This document shows positions 7,817 through 16,754 of a DNA stretch of 38,006 nucleotides, piece after piece (the stretch's first letter is position 1; the number at the start of each line of letters is the position of its first letter). The notes below the pieces were generated by a model. That model saw nothing but the letters and a program-made list of their open reading frames with translations. It had not been told where the DNA came from and ran no database searches. This DNA is from a bacterium. GTDB taxonomy: Bacteria; UBP15; UBA6099; JAJRTR01. A program made the translations under genes and the position numbers. Location of the stretch: the NCBI GenBank assembly GCA_024278215.1, contig JAJRTR010000148.1, forward strand, positions 1-38,006, read 5' to 3'.

Positions 7817-10608
7817 GTGGCTTTTAGTCTTTCCGCCATTCTCGCCATGCGCTCGTCGTCGGGCGCCAGCTTCGCCGCCTTTGAAAGCATGTCGATCGAC
7901 TCTTGCAACATACCCTTTTCGTAATAAAGCAGCCCAAGATTTACGTAAATACCGACATGACTGTATTCGTATTTATTCAGCAACCCTTCATAAACAGCTA
8001 TCGCCTGATCAAGGTTGCCCGACATGGCGTCTGAATAAGCCTTTGAAGCGAGTACAACAGGATTGTCCGGCGAGTATTGCAAGGCACTCACGTATTCATT
8101 GAGTGCATCCTCGTAGCGTTCGAGATTCGCGAAAGTGTTTGCCAGCAGCAGGTGTCCGTAAACGCTTTCGTTATGTTTGTCGACGGCATGTTTGAAGTTG
8201 TCGAGCGCAGCTTCGTAGTCTTCACCAATGTTGCGCTGGGCAAGACCGAGCAGAAGGTGGCTGAGAGCGGTGGCGGGCTCGGACTTCCCGCGTTCCGTGA
8301 TGATGTCGACAGCCTCGCGAGCATTGCCTTCGTCGATAGAGTGCGCGGCACGCACAAGCATGTCGTCGGCGCTGTCGATGTAAGCAGCGATGACGTCGGC
8401 AGCGGGCGGGTCGGGTTCCGGTTCGAGATTGAGCAGTGCGCCCTGTTGCGTGATACTGAGCAGATCGTTGGAGGCGAAGTGCAGGAGCAGCGAGTCCGCG
8501 CCGGCTGTGCCTTCGGCGTCCTGTTGTTTTATCAGGAAGTCGTCGATGTACATTTTTTCCGGATCGTAGTCTTCGAGCAGTTCGAGCGGCTTGAGTCCGG
8601 TTCTGCGCGAGCGGCCCGCCAGAAGTACCATATCGGCATAGCCGAGGCCACTCGCTTTGAGTTTCGCGATAAGTTCGCCGGACATGCCGAATCTGCGCTG
8701 CATCATTTTCGCGAAAACATTTTCTTCGGCGGTAGTGAGCATGGCGGCGTTGAAGTTGAGAACGGCACGTTTCAGTCGAAGGCGTTGTTCCTGTAGTGTT
8801 TCCCGCGCGATTTTTGCTTTTCGCGCCGCGCTGTCGAGGTGGTCGATACCGGTCTTGATACTTTCGTTCATCTCGGTGGCAACCATGAATAGCGCGTGGC
8901 GGTTGTCCACGTCGAAAGTCTCCCCGAGTTGAGCGAGGCTGTTGTGAGTGTTGACGAAGCCCGCCTGAGTTTCGTCGATGGCCTCGTCGAGGGCGCTCTG
9001 TATGCGGGGCGATTCGGTTGTGAGGTTTTCCGCGACATAGGCCAGGTCTTCGGCGGCCCATATCGCATCGCTGCCCAGAGCGGATTTGTTTTGCAGGTAA
9101 TACCTCATTTCACGCGCGTTGCGTTCCGCCTCGCGTGTTGTTTCCGACAGCCTGGCGCCGTCCGACTCGAGTTCGGCCAGCGTATTGAACATTCCACTAA
9201 AGAATAAGCCTGCATTATTCAGCACGCTCACCCTGTATTCGTCGTAGGATGAAACTTCTTTTGCTGTCTCCGAGTAGCCGCGCAGGTTCTTGTAGAATGA
9301 CCTCTCGATTCCCGCTCTACGGTCTGCGATATCCAATTGTTGATTCCTTCCATTGATTGCCGTAGCCGATATTTCAGGGATCACCCTGTCCAGCCATGCG
9401 ACCGTGCCGTCTATGTCTTTTTCGGTAGCCGCCGGCAGTTCGGCGATAGTACCGGTATCATCGGACGTGTCGCTGTCGAGTCTTTCGAGACCCGCGACGG
9501 CTTCATCGTTGCCGGGATCGATGTCGAGCGCGTAGTTGTACCACTCGGACGCATCGTCTTTAAGGTCGAGAGCGGCAAACGAACGCGCCGCGCCAAGTGC
9601 CGCCTTTTCGTTTTCAGGATCAATATCGAGTATCTGTTTGTAGCGGTCGATCGCTTCGCGGTAATGGTATCTGTTCTCGTATGAGTTCGCGATATGCAGA
9701 AGGTTTTCCGGTGTCTTCTCCATCTGTGCAGTACGCGAGAAAGCCGCAATACGATTAGGAGTTTTCGGGTGGCTCTGCATGGCGACATCCATTTTATCGA
9801 GGTTGCCCGAAGGATGTTCGCGTTCGAGTTTGTGGAACATGGTAATCATCTGTTCCGGGTCGTAACTTGCGTCGAAAGCATACTCTGCGCCAAGGTGGTC
9901 GGCCTGATATTCGTCTTCGCGCGAATAATGAAGCTGCATCAGTGAGAAAGCGGTCCCGATGATACGGCCCGCCGCCTCGCTGGTATTGTTGTTAAGCAGA
10001 ATCGAACCGGCGATGAGAAGCGGCATTTGTTTCACTCTTTTCTTTCCATGATTCGCGGCCACGTGCCCGACTTCATGGCCCATCACGGCAGCAAGCTCAT
10101 CGTCGCTGTCGACCTTTTCCATCATGCCCCTGGTGACAAAAACAAAACCACCCGGTGCCGCGAATGCGTTCACTTCATCCGTGTCGACAATGTGGAATTC
10201 GTATGGTATATCTGTTCGGTGGCTCACGGCGGCCAGGCTCTGCCCTATATCGTTCACATAATTCTGCAATATCGGGTCTTCGACGAAACCGTATGTCCGG
10301 CGCATCTCCGCCACAGTGCCTTTTCCGATATGCTTTTCCGCTTTCCATGTCAGCTTGTCGAGCAAACCCGCCCTTGCCGGTGTCGCGAAAACCGCGGCCT
10401 GCGCCGTCAAAAGAAACAAAAGTATTGCGAGAACTGCTGGCATAGCTGTTTTGCGCGAAGGCGTCCCGTCGACCGCTGTGAACTCCGGACATACAAGTGT
10501 TTCCGCATTGTCCCGGCACCTGTGAGACGGGCTGAAACCGTTTTCCTTCCGGGCATGGGCATGCCTCGAACGGTATGCGTGAAATATCATTTCTGTAAGG
10601 GTAAACAT
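7813..10608 (-). CDS. M48-family zinc metalloprotease with TPRs and long helical domain (start uncertain: 10608, 10590 or 10443)
   Basis: VNAFAAPGG, HEVGH, YSREDEYQAD, SHP motifs; TPRs after the protease domain and at the C-terminus; ATGA overlap with nfeD. Confidence 0.88.
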   Translation of the reverse strand: MFTLTEMIFHAYRSRHAHARKENGFSPSHRCRDNAETLVCPEFTAVDGTPSRKTAMPAVLAILLFLLTAQAAVFATPARAGLLDKLTWKAEKHIGKGTVAEMRRTYGFVEDPILQNYVNDIGQSLAAVSHRTDIPYEFHIVDTDEVNAFAAPGGFVFVTRGMMEKVDSDDELAAVMGHEVGHVAANHGKKRVKQMPLLIAGSILLNNNTSEAAGRIIGTAFSLMQLHYSREDEYQADHLGAEYAFDASYDPEQMITMFHKLEREHPSGNLDKMDVAMQSHPKTPNRIAAFSRTAQMEKTPENLLHIANSYENRYHYREAIDRYKQILDIDPENEKAALGAARSFAALDLKDDASEWYNYALDIDPGNDEAVAGLERLDSDTSDDTGTIAELPAATEKDIDGTVAWLDRVIPEISATAINGRNQQLDIADRRAGIERSFYKNLRGYSETAKEVSSYDEYRVSVLNNAGLFFSGMFNTLAELESDGARLSETTREAERNAREMRYYLQNKSALGSDAIWAAEDLAYVAENLTTESPRIQSALDEAIDETQAGFVNTHNSLAQLGETFDVDNRHALFMVATEMNESIKTGIDHLDSAARKAKIARETLQEQRLRLKRAVLNFNAAMLTTAEENVFAKMMQRRFGMSGELIAKLKASGLGYADMVLLAGRSRRTGLKPLELLEDYDPEKMYIDDFLIKQQDAEGTAGADSLLLHFASNDLLSITQQGALLNLEPEPDPPAADVIAAYIDSADDMLVRAAHSIDEGNAREAVDIITERGKSEPATALSHLLLGLAQRNIGEDYEAALDNFKHAVDKHNESVYGHLLLANTFANLERYEDALNEYVSALQYSPDNPVVLASKAYSDAMSGNLDQAIAVYEGLLNKYEYSHVGIYVNLGLLYYEKGMLQESIDMLSKAAKLAPDDERMARMAERLKAT

Positions 10609-10743
10609 ATCGTAGTGAACCTGTCATTTCTCCGCTTCATGTTGGCAGGTTCCCTTTTCCCTCCCCTTTTTTGATAATTTACTGTATATTTTATTATCGT
10701 TTTTCACTGTTTTAAATACATTATATAAGGAATCAAAGAGAGT

Positions 10744-11922
10744 TTACACGCTGTCCGAATGTGCCAGGTCGTAATCGGCGTAAGTACGTTCGTGCGGTTC
10801 GATGTCGGGCCAGTATGTCCGCCACTTCGGATGGGTGATGTACCAGATTCTTTCCAGTTTTTTATTTCTCGCGTACCATTCGAGAGTGACTTTCATGCCG
10901 AGAGCGGTTTCAGGATATTTGAGCACATAGCCGGTGGCGGCAAGTTTGCTGTTGTCGTAAACATAATGTGATTTAAAAAAGGCGAAGTCGTCGCGTTCCA
11001 TATTGACAAAAGGCACCTTTATGCCTTTGGGCAGCAGGTTGTAGAAAGCGTCGGCCAGCCGGTCCGGTGTGCCGACGATAGGGATTCTGACTCTGAGCCT
11101 GCTCGCGCATTCCTCGAACATTTCCCTGAATGTGTTCGGTGTGTTGTCGGCGACATTGAATACCTGCCCGGAGATGTCCATGTTCGCGAGGCAGTATATA
11201 AGATGCATCGCCGCACCGACCACATCATCAATGTGCACCGAACTGAACATGTTGTTGCCGCTTCCGGGAATCGTAATGAAAGGGATGATCCCGCCCCATG
11301 AGAGCGGTGTAAGCGCCTTGGACATGGCATATTCGCCTCGGGGACCGTACACGCTTGCCGGTCTGATAATCACCAGCGGCATACCGTCGCGCTCATACTC
11401 CAGCGCTGCCTCTTCCTGTCTCAGCTTGGATTCCGAATAGTTGTTTACGGGGTTCGGCGTTTTGTCTTCCGTAATCGGGGCCGGACTGCTCGCACCGCCG
11501 TAGAGCATGACAGTACTCCATATTGCAACGCCCATGAGATCGGGCGCATATATCGAGGCGGTATCCAGAAGATTGCATGTACCGCCGACGTTAACCCTGT
11601 TCAGGGTACCGCGCGAAGCGCTCATATCGAATATCGCCGCAGGGTGCATTATGTATTGAACCCGCCGCTTCTCGAAAAGTTTCTTTAGCGAACTTCTCTC
11701 CGTAAGGTCCGCCGCTACGATGTCCAGTGTAACATCCGCATATCGCCCGGGGTGCGCTTCCATATAGTTCCTGTGCCTTCGCACCGCGCGAAAATCCGAA
11801 CCCGGCAGGTCCGTCGCAAGCACCGGGTAGCCGTGCTGGAGCAGGTAGTCGACTGCCGTTGAACCCGTAAATCCCGATGCGCCGGTTACCAGTACTACCC
11901 CCAACTCATCTGCTGTGCTCAT
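10744..11922 (-). CDS. NAD-dependent epimerase/dehydratase (extended SDR)
   Basis: VLVTGASGFTG, HPAA, VNVGGT, YSESK catalytic motif, RPASVYGP. Confidence 0.9.
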   Translation of the reverse strand: MSTADELGVVLVTGASGFTGSTAVDYLLQHGYPVLATDLPGSDFRAVRRHRNYMEAHPGRYADVTLDIVAADLTERSSLKKLFEKRRVQYIMHPAAIFDMSASRGTLNRVNVGGTCNLLDTASIYAPDLMGVAIWSTVMLYGGASSPAPITEDKTPNPVNNYSESKLRQEEAALEYERDGMPLVIIRPASVYGPRGEYAMSKALTPLSWGGIIPFITIPGSGNNMFSSVHIDDVVGAAMHLIYCLANMDISGQVFNVADNTPNTFREMFEECASRLRVRIPIVGTPDRLADAFYNLLPKGIKVPFVNMERDDFAFFKSHYVYDNSKLAATGYVLKYPETALGMKVTLEWYARNKKLERIWYITHPKWRTYWPDIEPHERTYADYDLAHSDSV

Positions 11923-12050
11923 AACTGCTTTTCCTCATCATGAAACATAAAATGGCACTTCTTATACATTTATCCTGATACGTAACGCGCTAAACATAAC
12001 TTCCGCTCCTGATTTTCCCCAGCCGTATTCAGCGGTGATAATTCTCTGAT

Positions 12051-12229
12051 GAGCCAACTGCAAAATTCTGATTTGGCTGCGGTCGGTTGCAATTGTCAAC
12101 AGTTGCGTTGTCGGCACAAAATCTTCCTCGACGTACTCTACTAAGTACGCCTGCGGTGATTTTGCAGCTCAGCCTTGTTTCTGAACAATTTCGGTCGACC
12201 TTGTTTCGAGCTTATTTTGCAATTTGCCC
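12051..12229 (-). mobile_element. Palindromic MITE copy 2 (179 bp), more diverged
   Basis: GAGCCAACTGCAAAATT ... TATTTTGCAATTTGCCC; same internal sequence as copy 1; flanks TGAT/TTAT (3/4). Confidence 0.85.
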
Positions 12230-12408
12230 TTATTTCATATTTTAGACTATTTTGTTCAATTAATGGTATATTCTCCGACAAAGCATTGCAGAAGGAACCA
12301 GCGTACAATTGCTGATTTGAATAATATGCAACGAATACTTTGTTTGTGATATAATGTAGGCATTACTAAAATCACTCGAGCCTGAAATGCCCTGAACGGA
12401 TAGTTGCC

Positions 12409-13074
12409 ATGCGCGGAAAAAAGAAGTCCGAGAAAACAAAAAGGGAACTTCCACTGATAAAAGTCAATATTGAATGCCTCGAAGACGGTATGAGAGCGGC
12501 AAGTGATATCTGCAACGATTACGGTACTCCGATTATCAGGCGTATGAGAAAAATCGAGAGCAAGCATATAACACAATTTCGCATGGCCGGCATCGAGATA
12601 ATAGACGTATGGGACGAGGAGCATGACGAGCATAACCGGAAAGAACAGGTTCCCTCAATCCACATAGACGACTACCCAAGGCATCTGTCGCGGCTTGTGA
12701 ATACAAATGTGCTTATAGTGGACGACTCGAAGTCGGCACGCATGGTACTACGCTATCTGATCGAGGACACCGGTTTAAAAGTCGTAGCGGAAGCAGGGGG
12801 CGGACGCGAGGGCATCGAAAAAGCACGCGAGTTCAAACCTACTCTCATCACACTCGACATTTCCATGCCCGACGTCGATGGCCTCACAGCACTTCCCGAC
12901 ATCCTTTCAGCCTCGCCGGGCTCGAAAGTCATTATGATCTCATCGCTCGGCTACAAAGACAGAATAGTAGAAGCGCTCACACTCGGTGCCGCGCAGTTCG
13001 TCACAAAACCATTCAGCCACAGCGGACTCCAGAAAGTAGTCATCAACACAATCATCGGCCACAAACCCGTGTGA
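12409..13074 (+). CDS. Response regulator: small N-terminal domain plus C-terminal CheY-like receiver
   Basis: VLIVDD, ITLDISMP (phospho-Asp), ISS, KPF. Confidence 0.88.
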   Translation: MRGKKKSEKTKRELPLIKVNIECLEDGMRAASDICNDYGTPIIRRMRKIESKHITQFRMAGIEIIDVWDEEHDEHNRKEQVPSIHIDDYPRHLSRLVNTNVLIVDDSKSARMVLRYLIEDTGLKVVAEAGGGREGIEKAREFKPTLITLDISMPDVDGLTALPDILSASPGSKVIMISSLGYKDRIVEALTLGAAQFVTKPFSHSGLQKVVINTIIGHKPV

Positions 13075-13098
13075 TCCCACAGCTACACCTCTGATGGC

Positions 13099-13701
13099 TT
13101 ATCTGTTGCCGGCGCAATCTATTGTCTCTGTTTCGGTAATAATAAAGTCAACTTTCTTATCGTGATCCTCGAAAGGAACAACGTCCAGCACTTGGTACGA
13201 GAAAGCGAGCGCGGCATAAGCCACCCCCGGTCTGAGGCGCTCTCTGAAGCGATCGTAGAATCCTTTGCCGTAGCCGATCCTGTTCCCTTCGCGGTCAAAA
13301 ACCGAACCCGGAACCACGACAAAATCGATCTCCTCAGGATCGACGGGCCGTATGAACTCCCTGACCGGCTCGGGGATGCCGAAAGTGCCCTCGCGCAGTT
13401 CGCTGTCGTAGTCCCTGATTTCCGTCGGCAGCAGGGATGTGTCTTTCAGGATCGAGACCGGAACGACAACCCTCTTTCCCTCGGCAATAGCGCGGCGGAT
13501 TATAGCTTCCGTCGGAACTTCGCTGCGGAATGATACAAAAAGCATGACCGTTTCAGCGTCTGCGAAAGGTGCGAAATCGAAAAGGCGGTCAGCAATCGAC
13601 CTGCCGGCTGCGGCTCGCTCGTCCGCAGGCATGCCGTCTCTTATTGCAAGTACCCGGCTTCGCATTTCCTTTTTTTCTTTTTTTATGTCTTTGCGCGTCA
13701 T
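13099..13701 (-). CDS. 5-formyltetrahydrofolate cyclo-ligase
   Basis: SFRSEVPT, FGIPEP, VVPGSVFDREGNRIGYGKGFYDR, HDKKVDFIITE; start ATG 13701 or GTG 13707. Confidence 0.95.
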   Translation of the reverse strand: MTRKDIKKEKKEMRSRVLAIRDGMPADERAAAGRSIADRLFDFAPFADAETVMLFVSFRSEVPTEAIIRRAIAEGKRVVVPVSILKDTSLLPTEIRDYDSELREGTFGIPEPVREFIRPVDPEEIDFVVVPGSVFDREGNRIGYGKGFYDRFRERLRPGVAYAALAFSYQVLDVVPFEDHDKKVDFIITETETIDCAGNR

Positions 13702-13919
13702 ATTCACCTGGAAACCATTCCTAATCTGTATTTTTAATTCGAAATTTCATGTTGAAAATATCCCTTTCCCGAGATTGATTATAGTTGCTTACAGCATTCT
13801 CATGCAAATGAGATAGTGTCAATCAGGAACAAAGAAGAATTTGAGGAATAATCATAAAATACACAACACGTATATTCCGTATTTTTTTCGTAATCAATAT
13901 GAAAAAAAACGCAGCTCCA

Positions 13920-13928
13920 TGTTATAAT
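13920..13928 (+). promoter_or_regulatory. Extended -10 promoter candidate for the PilZ gene
   Basis: TGTTATAAT (TGnTATAAT) in AT-rich intergenic DNA. Confidence 0.5.
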
Positions 13929-13938
13929 ATCATTGTAA

Positions 13939-14117
13939 GAGCTAATTGCAAAATTATATTCGTAGAGAGGTCGAACGAAATTTTTCAGAAGCAAGGCGGA
14001 GGTGTAAAATCCCCGCAGGCGTACTCGCCGAGTACGTTGAGGATGATTTTGTGCCGACAATGCAGCTATGTACAATTGCAGCCGACCGCAGCCGAATCAG
14101 AATTTTACAATTGGCTC
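13939..14117 (+). mobile_element. Palindromic MITE copy 3 (179 bp), inverted relative to copies 1 and 2
   Basis: TIRs GAGCTAATTGCAAAATT / AATTTTACAATTGGCTC; perfect GTAA duplication (13935-13938, 14118-14121); reverse complement aligns closely with copy 1. Confidence 0.88.
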
Positions 14118-14137
14118 GTAAGAGAAAGCAGAACATC

Positions 14138-14527
14138 ATGGCACCGGCTACAGAGAGACAACAGGACAGGCGCAGATCGAAGCGTATCCCGCTGAGAGGT
14201 GCAAGCATGGCATGTCGCGGGGATAGAGGCGATCTGCTTAACATATCAACACTGTTTGATATCAGTGAAGGCGGGGTTGGGTTCTGCACACGGGACAAAG
14301 TTGACATCGGCACAAAAATAAAATTTGACTTCTACCTGCCGATCTCAAGAAAAGGCGAAGATATAAACGGAGAAGGTAAAGTAGTATGGATAGTACAGTA
14401 CTGCGACGTATTCGGAGATAATGTAATGCGATGCGGGCTGCAATTTCTGAATCTGCCGTCAAGATCACAACAGGGAATCCGCAAATATATAAAAATCACA
14501 TTGAAACAGAAGAAAAACGGTATCTGA
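14138..14527 (+). CDS. PilZ-domain c-di-GMP receptor
   Basis: RRSKR (RxxxR) and DISEGG (DxSxxG), GKVVW, CGLQF; the longer ORF from 13946 runs through the MITE. Confidence 0.88.
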   Translation: MAPATERQQDRRRSKRIPLRGASMACRGDRGDLLNISTLFDISEGGVGFCTRDKVDIGTKIKFDFYLPISRKGEDINGEGKVVWIVQYCDVFGDNVMRCGLQFLNLPSRSQQGIRKYIKITLKQKKNGI

Positions 14528-14546
14528 ACTGAACGCCGTTCAGTTC
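14526..14546. terminator. Hairpin right after the PilZ stop
   Basis: GAACTGAAC-GCC-GTTCAGTTC perfect 9-bp stem, but no U tract. Confidence 0.35.
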
Positions 14547-14742
14547 GACATGAAGAACGCCGGTCCAGGATAAATAACCCCGGAAAAACACAGAAAATAA
14601 CTCTCTTAAAAAATATACTTTACCCGGAAGTAATAAATGTATTATAATAGTTTGACTTTCAGTTCATTGTGGGTATTTTATAAGGAGCATTCCTTGTAGA
14701 GTATAAGCAATGCTAAAAGATAAAGATTGGACAGGATCGCCC

Positions 14743-15807
14743 ATGAAGCGGTTAGCTATTACAGGGTTAATGTTAATGATATTTGCGGCAGTGCCGGCAC
14801 TGGCAGTTGTCAATGATGCTGGAATTCTCAACAATCAGGGTGTTGAGCTGTACGAGCGGGGCAGTGCAGAGGAAGCCGTGTACAAGTTCTATCATGCGCT
14901 CGAGTTCGATCCGTACAACCCGGCTATTTACACAAACCTTGGTTATGCATTCCAGGCACTGGATGAACACAAAAAAGCGGCTAATGCTTTTAAAAAAGCG
15001 CTAAGCTTCGATCCGAGCAACCTCGAGAACCATAATAGTCTTGGCGTCAGTCTCTACAATATGGGCGAAAAGGACCGCGCAATCGCAGAATGGGAATTCG
15101 TGCTTTCAAACGACCCGAGCAATACTGCCGCGGCAGCCAACCTCGGCATTGTCCGCCACCCCGAGAAAGCCGACAAGATTGTCGAACAAACTAAAGAGGC
15201 ACTCGGCGGCGAATATGCCGCAAGTGAATACGATCAGGCTATCGAACTTAAAACGCTCTTCGGTAACGGCAAGGCCGCTTTCATGGTCGGCAAATACGAC
15301 GATGCAATCGGCAATTTCGAAAAAATCATGGAGCGCAAACCCGAATCAAAATTCTCACACTACTATGCGGGCATGGCCTACGCATATCTACAGATGAAAG
15401 AACCGGCGCTAAAAAATCTTAGAGAATATCTCATCCTCGAGTCATATCCTCCACAGAGCCAGGAGGCTTATGAAACCGCAAAGGACGCATACAACACGCT
15501 CCGTGATGGTGGCGATGTCAAACCGGTAAGAAGGTCTTCGGCCATGGCGGCCAATTCTTTCAACCTCGGCAAGAAAGCTTACAATGACAAAGACTACTTT
15601 AAGGCTATAAAATTTCTCAGCGAGGCATACAAACTCAAACCGAATTCTTATGCCACGAACTATTATCTGGGTATGTCATACAAGGAAGTAGACGATACCG
15701 AACGCGCGGTTTACCATCTCAACAAATGCCTGTTTGCAGGCCCCGAATATCGCTCGAAAGAAGATGCAAGAAAGATCGCTGAAGTCCTTAAGAAGCTTGT
15801 AGACTGA
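14743..15807 (+). CDS. Exported TPR-repeat protein
   Basis: Signal peptide MKRLAITGLMLMIFAAVPALA, multiple TPRs (YTNLGYAF, HNSLGVSLY, YYAGMAY, YYLGMSY); alternative start 14710. Confidence 0.88.
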   Translation: MKRLAITGLMLMIFAAVPALAVVNDAGILNNQGVELYERGSAEEAVYKFYHALEFDPYNPAIYTNLGYAFQALDEHKKAANAFKKALSFDPSNLENHNSLGVSLYNMGEKDRAIAEWEFVLSNDPSNTAAAANLGIVRHPEKADKIVEQTKEALGGEYAASEYDQAIELKTLFGNGKAAFMVGKYDDAIGNFEKIMERKPESKFSHYYAGMAYAYLQMKEPALKNLREYLILESYPPQSQEAYETAKDAYNTLRDGGDVKPVRRSSAMAANSFNLGKKAYNDKDYFKAIKFLSEAYKLKPNSYATNYYLGMSYKEVDDTERAVYHLNKCLFAGPEYRSKEDARKIAEVLKKLVD

Positions 15808-15988
15808 CCCCGCGCCGATTTGCCGGGTTGGTGTATCCACTTGTTGTCGTTTCCGGAACATTGCAGTTTTTTGTGACAGCTTGATTTTATGGATTATTGT
15901 TTCCTCGATATTTTGTTTTTCTCCCATTTCAAATATCATTGGAGTAAACATCATCTCATTCAATAAGTCTGCAAACAACGACGATCTT

Positions 15989-16621
15989 ATGGATATGGTC
16001 GAACTCAGGCGCAATTACCTGGGAATCCACAGGTTCAGCGAACATATAATTGATGTTATGAGAAATACCGACCGTGCGATGTTTGCGCCTCCGGACACGG
16101 AACATATCTATGAAGACGACCCGGTACCTATCGCCTGCGGACAGACATGTTCGCAGCCGAGCATGGTGGCGGCTATGGCCGATTTTCTGCAACTGGAGCC
16201 CGGACATAAGATTCTCGAAGTAGGCACCGGTTGCGGGTACAGCGCGGCGATTACGGCGCAACTCATCAGGCCGGGCGGCATACTGCATACTGTCGAATAT
16301 ATTTCCGAGCTGTCACATAGCGCACGAAAGAATCTGTCGAAGCTCAGAATTATCGATAACATTCGTTTTGTAACGGGCGACGGCTCTATCGGTTTGCCCG
16401 ATGAAGCTCCGTTCGACCGTATATACCTTACCGCAGGCGTCGGACGCTGTTTCAACGAACAGATATTACTCGACCAGTTGGCACCGGAAGGTATTCTGGT
16501 CTACCCGGAAGCACACGGCTCGATGTATATACTGAAACAAACGGCGACAGGTGTCGATAAGCAGACGCTCGGCGGCGTTGGTTTCGTATTTTTGCGTGGC
16601 GTCAACAGTGGTTTCGGTTAA
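15989..16621 (+). CDS. pcm: Protein-L-isoaspartate O-methyltransferase (start approximate)
   Basis: GQTCSQPSMVA, ILEVGTGCGYSAA, GDGSIG, APFDRIYLTA. Confidence 0.92.
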   Translation: MDMVELRRNYLGIHRFSEHIIDVMRNTDRAMFAPPDTEHIYEDDPVPIACGQTCSQPSMVAAMADFLQLEPGHKILEVGTGCGYSAAITAQLIRPGGILHTVEYISELSHSARKNLSKLRIIDNIRFVTGDGSIGLPDEAPFDRIYLTAGVGRCFNEQILLDQLAPEGILVYPEAHGSMYILKQTATGVDKQTLGGVGFVFLRGVNSGFG

Positions 16622-16754
16622 TCGAATTCGTTCTGTTTCGCAACCGGATATGTGACGGGCCGACGGCAAAGGAAATTTTACCGATTATCATTTATTCGGA
16701 GGAACAATGGGTGTAAACTGTTTGTCCGAAGGGTGACACCGGATACACACAGCA

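Noticed and set aside
10587-10640. 17-codon ORF upstream of the M48 gene suggesting another frameshift
   Set aside because: No slippery tract or homology evidence; in-frame alternative starts exist
13708-13938. 6S RNA, often found upstream of 5-formyl-THF cyclo-ligase
   Set aside because: AT-rich region with no long paired rod; the nearby rod-like element is multi-copy with TSDs, so it is a MITE
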